From assembly GCA_030141605.1 (NCBI GenBank), contig JAQGDQ010000074.1, positions 310,001-374,000 of the forward strand: a DNA stretch of 64,000 bases. Reading direction: 5' to 3'. Below are positions 37,801 to 64,000 of the stretch, one piece after another (position 1 is the first letter of the stretch; each line of letters begins with the position of its first letter). The notes under the pieces were generated by a model. That model was not told the origin of the DNA. It saw only the letters and a program-made list of their open reading frames with translations, and searched no databases. This stretch comes from Tubiluchus corallicola (Eukaryota > Animalia > Priapulida). Made by a program: the position numbers and the translations under genes.

Positions 37801-40669
37801 TAAAATGATAAGTCAATTTAAAATTATGGCGATTAAAGAGAACATTAAGGAGGTTTTAAGAAATCCACAGTAAATAACGGAGAATTAATGGCAATACACA
37901 GTGCGCCTGCAAGTTTGGTTACAATAAAGCAACCTTCACGTTTAGATGAAGCTAGTATGTCAAGCGCCAGTGAATAATTTCTAGTTATCCCATTCTGATG
38001 ACAGGTAAATATAAAGACAAAAATTATTTAAACAAAGATCATTGTAGCTAAAATGTAAATCCAACTTGACTGGTCGTCATACAAAATATTGATCATTTAT
38101 TTTTAATGAAATAAAGGAAACGGTAAATAATACGATAAATAAACTATATAGATAAAGAATTAGAAGAATACGATGATACATTAGTATTGAAAAGAAACGA
38201 TTTATTAATCTGGGTGTTATCAAAAATTTATATATTTATTGATCTGGAGGTCTAAGTGTTTCCAGGTTAAAAAATTCTATGCCGGTGAACATTTGGGACG
38301 GAACATATTTAATGGAGAAGGCAAAGAAAAGACTATTGTTTTGGATCCTCAACAATAGAGTCAACTGATAACCCGTTTAAGAAACAAGAGGCATTCGTGT
38401 TTCAGATATATCCTCTGAAATAACTAGACCGGACTAATAGAGTTACGCAAGCACTCGTGCCCCCCCCCCCCCTAATATGACTAGAACGGTTCAGCTCGCG
38501 TAATATTGCCTCTATTATCTTTGATTTATACTGATATCGCATTTGACAGAAACTTCAACACTTTGTTATATAAGTACGAGTACACCTTTCTTTCGTACTT
38601 GTCTTTTATTGCTCAATTTTCATTGGCATGCTAATGTGCCTTTTAATGATCGTTTAACAGAAACCAACTGATAGCAAGCTACCACCCGGTCTAGAAATTG
38701 TCGCATATATCGTGCAAAGAATCCTTAATAATCCCTTTACATTTCCGACGATCCTTTTAATTCAAGGCCGGGATGACGGTTAATTTGTTATGAGAGTTAT
38801 TGTGAAATCCCTCATTTTATTTACCTTTATGATTCTTAAAAATGGTTTAATTCAACGGTGAGATAAGTAATCTCAGTGGCATCTTGAGGGAAAGAACATT
38901 TTCATTCTGTACTGATACAATAGTCGGTTAATAATGGATATTAACAAAAGTAGCAAGTTTGCTATGCAGCAACTGTGTATCCAGAAGTCCAACGCATGTT
39001 TACGTAATAGTCCACGTCTCCAACAAGAATTCATCTATGTATGTTTGAATGTCTTTGAAGAGTTTTAGGCAAACGTGTTTGTCAGCATTCAAGGTTGTAA
39101 TCTCAGGTGAAACAACGATGTCTGTATTCGGCCTTGTCTATCAGCATTCAAGTTCTTAATCTCACGTAAAACTACGACATACGACAAATTCGGCCTAAAT
39201 TCTTGAATAATTAGTACATCTAGTTAACACTTGCTCATTATGATACTTTAGTTCCAGCAAAATACCAACACAGTAATATTGGCTTTTGAACACAAGTATA
39301 TTTATACATTAAAATTGTCAAGAGTCACTAAGTCGCATCTTTCAGGCGATATAGATCGTCACGCCCGAGTTCTCGGGCTTTTTGGTTTCGTTTTCAACCC
39401 GTGTATTAACTACTATAATGCATTTACCTGCTTTATACATTCTTGGCAGAATGAATGACCACAATCAATTTGTATGGGGTGAACAAAAAACTTGTTGCAA
39501 ACGGCACATTCGAAAGCGCTTCCTATTTGATTGTAGATCACAGCAAAATCTTTTTGAGCATTTTGACTGTCCTCTGAATGCGCAGACCTTGGGGCCAGGT
39601 TTGGTGTTCTATTTGGAGTTGCCATGTCAGATATCGAACCAATGCAGTCATCGCCTGCTTGAATGTATTTACCAGAAGGACGTTGCCAAATGGACACTGG
39701 TGTACTTATTGGCGTTGTTTCAGAGCTGAAAGAGTTTGTAACCAGACTTTCGTCTGAAATCAGAAGGCAGGTGTATGAACGTGTAGCATGCAGTTGATAT
39801 GCATTGCATGACCTACTAGACAAATTTGTTTCACTACCTTTAACATCGCCAAGAATTTTTTCTGAAGAGCCACATTGACTCCTTACCATCTTACTAGACT
39901 GATATTTATCAGTAATTCTGTGCGCAAGACACGCACGGTGCTTTTCCAGATTTTCTACAGAAAGCGTTTCAATGTTTTGATTTATACTTCTAACCTTGCC
40001 AAAGCTATTAGCTTGGAAAATATTACTAACGCTTTTTGAGTTATTGGACTTCTTGTCTTTTTCGCAACTCTTGTCTTGTGCTGCAGTGTTTTCTGTTGAA
40101 ACAGTATTTATATGAGGTTCATCAAGCACAAATGTCTTCTGTCGAACAGTTCTGTCACTATTTGAAGGCATAGAAACAATTTTGTTTTTCCGAATAGGAA
40201 TTCGTGTCTCAGTACTTGATGCTGACTTTACCGATTGTGTCCTATATGGTTTTCTTTCTCTAGGTGAATTACTACGGCTTCTGTCATCAAAAGGAAGTAT
40301 TATTGTTCCGGTATGCTGGCTTATTACAGACTCGATGATTTCGTGATTGACAACTGCCCTTCTGGGTCGTTTCTTGCTGTTAAAAAGATGTTGTTCGGCA
40401 GATGCCTTTACGTGATTATTAATGTTCTTTCTGCTTTCTGCTTCTGCGCTGTGCTGTTTGTTTCTTCTGAATTTCTGTAAGTACCCATCTTTAATTTCTG
40501 TGGAACTGCACATAATAATGCCTTTGTTAGGTTTTTCAGCAGTCATTTTAACCAGTGATGCACCAGCTTGATGGGCCGCCTGGAATTTTGCGCCGGATTT
40601 AAACCCCTGCCTTCCACTTTGGTCCACGTGTTTGTTTTTGGTAGCGTAAGTGGTATGGTAGACTGCCAT
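33878..40669 (-). CDS. C3HC4 RING-finger protein (putative E3 ligase) with C-terminal hydrophobic anchor, 3 coding exons, about 671 aa
   Basis: Exons 40669-39428, 35954-35808, 34504-33878, all GT-AG, phase 0 and in frame. The spliced RING reads CAVC-x11-CGHSFCQEC-x12-CPLC. The N-terminus may extend through a further upstream exon (acceptor-like catag at 40671-40675). Confidence 0.85.
34728..34815. repeat. (TA)n microsatellite
   Basis: Direct reading. Confidence 0.95.
35808..35954 (-). CDS. RING gene exon 2 (AYQETPFFACPLCATSIEP...EGEYIFQ)
   Basis: Acceptor ttttag, donor GTAATT, 147 nt; supplies the final CxxC of the RING. Confidence 0.85.
37773..37789 (-). promoter_or_regulatory. CTCF-like binding motif
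   Basis: Reverse strand TGCCGCCAGGTGGCGCT closely matches the CTCF core CC(A/G)C(C/T)AG(A/G)(T/G)GGC(A/G)C; isolated GC island in an AT-rich intron. Confidence 0.45.
39082..39197. repeat. Diverged ~59-bp tandem duplication
   Basis: tcagcattcaag...taatctca...aaac.acga...attcggcct occurs at 39082 and again at 39141. Confidence 0.7.
39428..40669 (-). CDS. RING gene exon 1 (414 codons; low-complexity N-terminus plus first six RING ligands)
   Basis: 418-aa ORF; donor CAG|GTAAAT at 39427. Confidence 0.88.
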
Positions 40670-42993
40670 TCTATGTACACAGAAGTTACAAACAGCACTA
40701 ATCAGCTCATTACATATAGGCTATATTTGAAGTCCATTTTCTGGTGTGTTTGACATGTTTTAATGTCTTGACTGTTTTTCCATTGGAAAGTAGTTCATCT
40801 TTTTCTTTTATGCCGTTTGGCCATTTTAACTTGTCTTGGATTTTTCTTATCCGACCAGTCTACTTCGCGCCAGGCAATAGCCAGTCAGTTCTTTTTTAAC
40901 ATAGCAACAAACGACGTATACAGTTTCAAGAAAATCATTTGACGACTCTTTGTGACGTTGGCAGACGTTAGCAACAAACGTTGTTTATCATGATGATGTT
41001 ATGGCTATCTTCTGCCTCTTTTATAAACGTCAAACTGATACATTTACTATTTATAGTACACATTTGATACTGAGTTCAGAATAACTTTGAACTCAGCTTT
41101 TTCTTTTCAAATACATTACCATTACATGCATGTTTAAAATATAACCTTATTCGACCCTTTTTAAGAGCCTCGTTATACATTTGTGTGCTCATTTTAGAGA
41201 TAAATCATCACAGCTTACTGTCAAAAAAACGTTACAGTTAATTAATTTATGATAATGTTGGCTCTGAGGTTTCACGACGTTTATTAATAATAATCATTTA
41301 TCCGTCGTATGACCCTTTTTAATGAAGTCACCGAGACGAAATCTGTTGATTTGCTATTGTTGGTTTCAGCGTAGATTATTGTACAGAGACTGTAACTATA
41401 ATTTTCGATATTTTGTCGGTTAGCACTGTATCTCATTTATTTTTTTTTTGCAATGGCCAGTTAACGATTATTTTCTTGTCCTTTCTTCAGGGGCTGTTTG
41501 CATAGGTCGGGTATTTTGGCAGAACCGCGGCGGAAAAAACTTTAAAATTGCTTACTTTCATTACATGCTTGCTCATAGATATGCACATTCTTTTTGCAAC
41601 AACATATGTGCCGCTGTGAGTTAATACTTCAACGAATTTTCAGCGACATACAACAGTAGCCAAGAGTATTTAATGTGATTTTTAAGGTTGTGTGAATTAT
41701 TTCTGGTAGAAGTTGTACTGGTAGAAGTAGTAGAGATTGTTTTACCACTAGAATATCATACAGATTAACATGATGTTTTACATTCGTTGTAACGCCTGTT
41801 ATTCTCTTTTACTTACATTTCCCTTTACTTAGCATATATACCGTGGGGATACCTGTATCACATTTGTACGTTTAGTTAACCTACTTTGAATAAGCAAACT
41901 ATAAAACTAATCTAAAAAGCTAAAGGAAAATATATTGGGCTTTATGAAGCAGAGTCGATTCTTGTTAATAAATTCGTGAGTGGCTGCTTCGTTGAGGAAG
42001 GTTGTATGGGTAACCGTACCTGGATAAGGCAACTCTCTTGTTGAATGTCTCACATCATCTCGTATCTTTGAAAAGTAGGCTGATTGTTGCATTCTGGCTT
42101 ACAGCGTGCAGTACCATATACGGTGTAAATATACGGTGTAAATTCATAATAATAAAACAGTAATTTTGTTCTTGGTATGTGTCACTAACATCCAAGCATC
42201 AGCAGATAACTGCCGAATCCTTCAGTGGTGGAATAACAATGTGCACAGAATCCGCCCATGTATTATTTTATTTAATTAAGTTTAATTGCTCATGAAGAAG
42301 AACACATCTACGCAACTCATAATTACAACATAATTTAATGTGCATACCATAACTGGCGGCGAGCCAAAAGTGATTAATTAATGATGTACGGCAATTAAAA
42401 CTAGTGGTATACTGGGCTTGGCTGCTTATATAGCGGTAAGGAAATATTAATTTAAGCTTTTTATATGGTAGCAGAGCTTAAAACGCCCTCTTATGTGTTG
42501 TCTTAAGTGTTTAGCACAACTCCGACACTCCTCGGCATGGTAGCGCTAAGCTACGACCTAATAAGCATGCATGAAACCCGGTAGTGTAAACAGGTTTAGT
42601 GGTTGCGTGCACAGTTGGTACTGCTTCCCTTAGCAGACGTGCTAGCGTAGAAGCCCTTGCAGCCATGAACTAATCTAGATAGCGTTGAACTTACATGGCT
42701 TTTTCGACATTTTCAAAATCTCTTTCATCTTCCGCTTACAGTAATAATACGAGCTTCTATATATTATGATGATTTATTAAAAACATCTATCAAAAAACAG
42801 GACGCGGCTTCAATTTATCAACAGTTACTGCTATCCAAAAGTTAGAGCTCAAATGTATTTTATGCCTGTTGTGTGTAGCGGGTATAAGAATAGAGAGAGC
42901 AGTTGACTCTTTCTGCTGAGTAATCAACTCACACCTTAATCTAGAACATTAATTACATGACCAGGCGGCTTTACTTTAATTCCGGCTGCAGTC

Positions 42994-62824
<19,831 letters not shown>

Positions 62825-64000
62825 AAGTTGATAGTTTGCTTTTTATAAATTTACACTTGCTATAATTAGATAAGATACTTGTTCACGCAATGTTCTTTAA
62901 GTTACACAGAACTATTGAACTTATATACCAAAAGTAACTTTTTTATAAATGTTTTTTTATTAAATTTATAATGTTGATGATTTAGTTAAGCGTAAATCTA
63001 CACATAAGTCAGATTCACTCATGCACATAATACGTATACACTAAATGTGAAGCTTTTGAGATTATAGGTGTTTATTAAATAAGCAGTACTATTATATATG
63101 AACTATGTTGCTGCCAGTCTAGTCTAGTTGCAATTTTGTACAACTGCGTAAGTTTATCACTGCTCATTTAACTATAGAATTCTATGACATTTGTATCTCG
63201 CAAGTTTGTGTATCCAGGTTGCGCTAAGATTTTTATTATTTGGATGCAAGATTGTATATGTAGATTGAGCTATATTGTCGCTAACTTATAAAGGCTATTT
63301 TATAAGTGTGAAAGTAGAATAAATATCAGAATTTGGGAATCAATTCAAACATATCTTTGCACATAGTATATATACATAAAACAAAGTTACCTAATTTTAA
63401 TGAGATAAGTGTGTGAATTGTATTTTCTTACCTAATTACTTTAAATACTATGCGCACTATACAGGTATAGCAAACAGTGCAGTGCACTTATGTATAGGCT
63501 GAGCCCAATGCTCTGTCTAGGCAACTTTATAACGGCATGTATGACAACATGAGAAAAACAAACAGATGCTTCATACAGATGTTAGCACGACTTTACAACG
63601 CTGTCCAGACTGGCAGCCAGACGCTCAGGGCTGAACATTCACTGCATTGCTCACGTGTTCTTTCCTTATGGAGCCGCATGGCATGCAGGTTGACTCATTA
63701 TGGCATCAACTAACCTTAATAACATCAGTACAATACTGAGAATAATGGCACAGCTGATACTGATAACTGTCAGAAAATAAGAAAACAATAATAATTGTAA
63801 ATGCCTTTAAGCGTACTTCATAGCTAGAACAAACTACCTAATATTTAATCGTTTATTCATCTTAAACCAGTAAGCAAAAGTATACATGCCAATAAAACGC
63901 CAACACAAATTTGTTCTTAGAGGGCCAATATACGTTCTTTTATACAATGAACAGAAGTAACCAGTATATTACATGACAGACATATAAAGTGTTAATGCAA

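Noticed and set aside
39382-39729. 115-aa antisense ORF within RING exon 1
   Set aside because: Shadow ORF of the real minus-strand exon.
40671-40860. Extra upstream RING exon joined by a 43-nt intron
   Set aside because: In frame, but the intron is far shorter than others seen here and no start or upstream exon was found; left unresolved.

Overview
AT-rich, intron-containing animal genomic DNA, probably a protostome invertebrate (the GPCR has allatostatin-C-receptor signatures and the 5S-derived sequence looks invertebrate-type). Three intact genes were reconstructed by hand. (1) A single-coding-exon somatostatin/allatostatin-C-type GPCR (27154-28407, +), whose stop overlaps a -1 frame that stays open to 28790. 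(2) A 3-exon C3HC4 RING protein with a C-terminal hydrophobic anchor (40669-33878, -, about 671 aa). (3) A 19-exon GH31 alpha-glucosidase-like type II membrane protein with a trefoil domain (42994-62824, +, 924 aa), which keeps both catalytic Asp residues but has lost many sugar-binding residues. The best non-genic find is a 535-bp element at 16015-16549: a full-length 5S rRNA head fused to an RTE-LINE-like body and tail, flanked by a perfect 10-bp target-site duplication (a 5S-derived SINE). There are also several MITE/foldback elements, microsatellites, a possible decayed BRCT-containing gene (-, about 9.9-13.4 kb), a degenerate hammerhead-like motif and a strong CTCF-like motif. Family assignments come from motif recall, not database searches.
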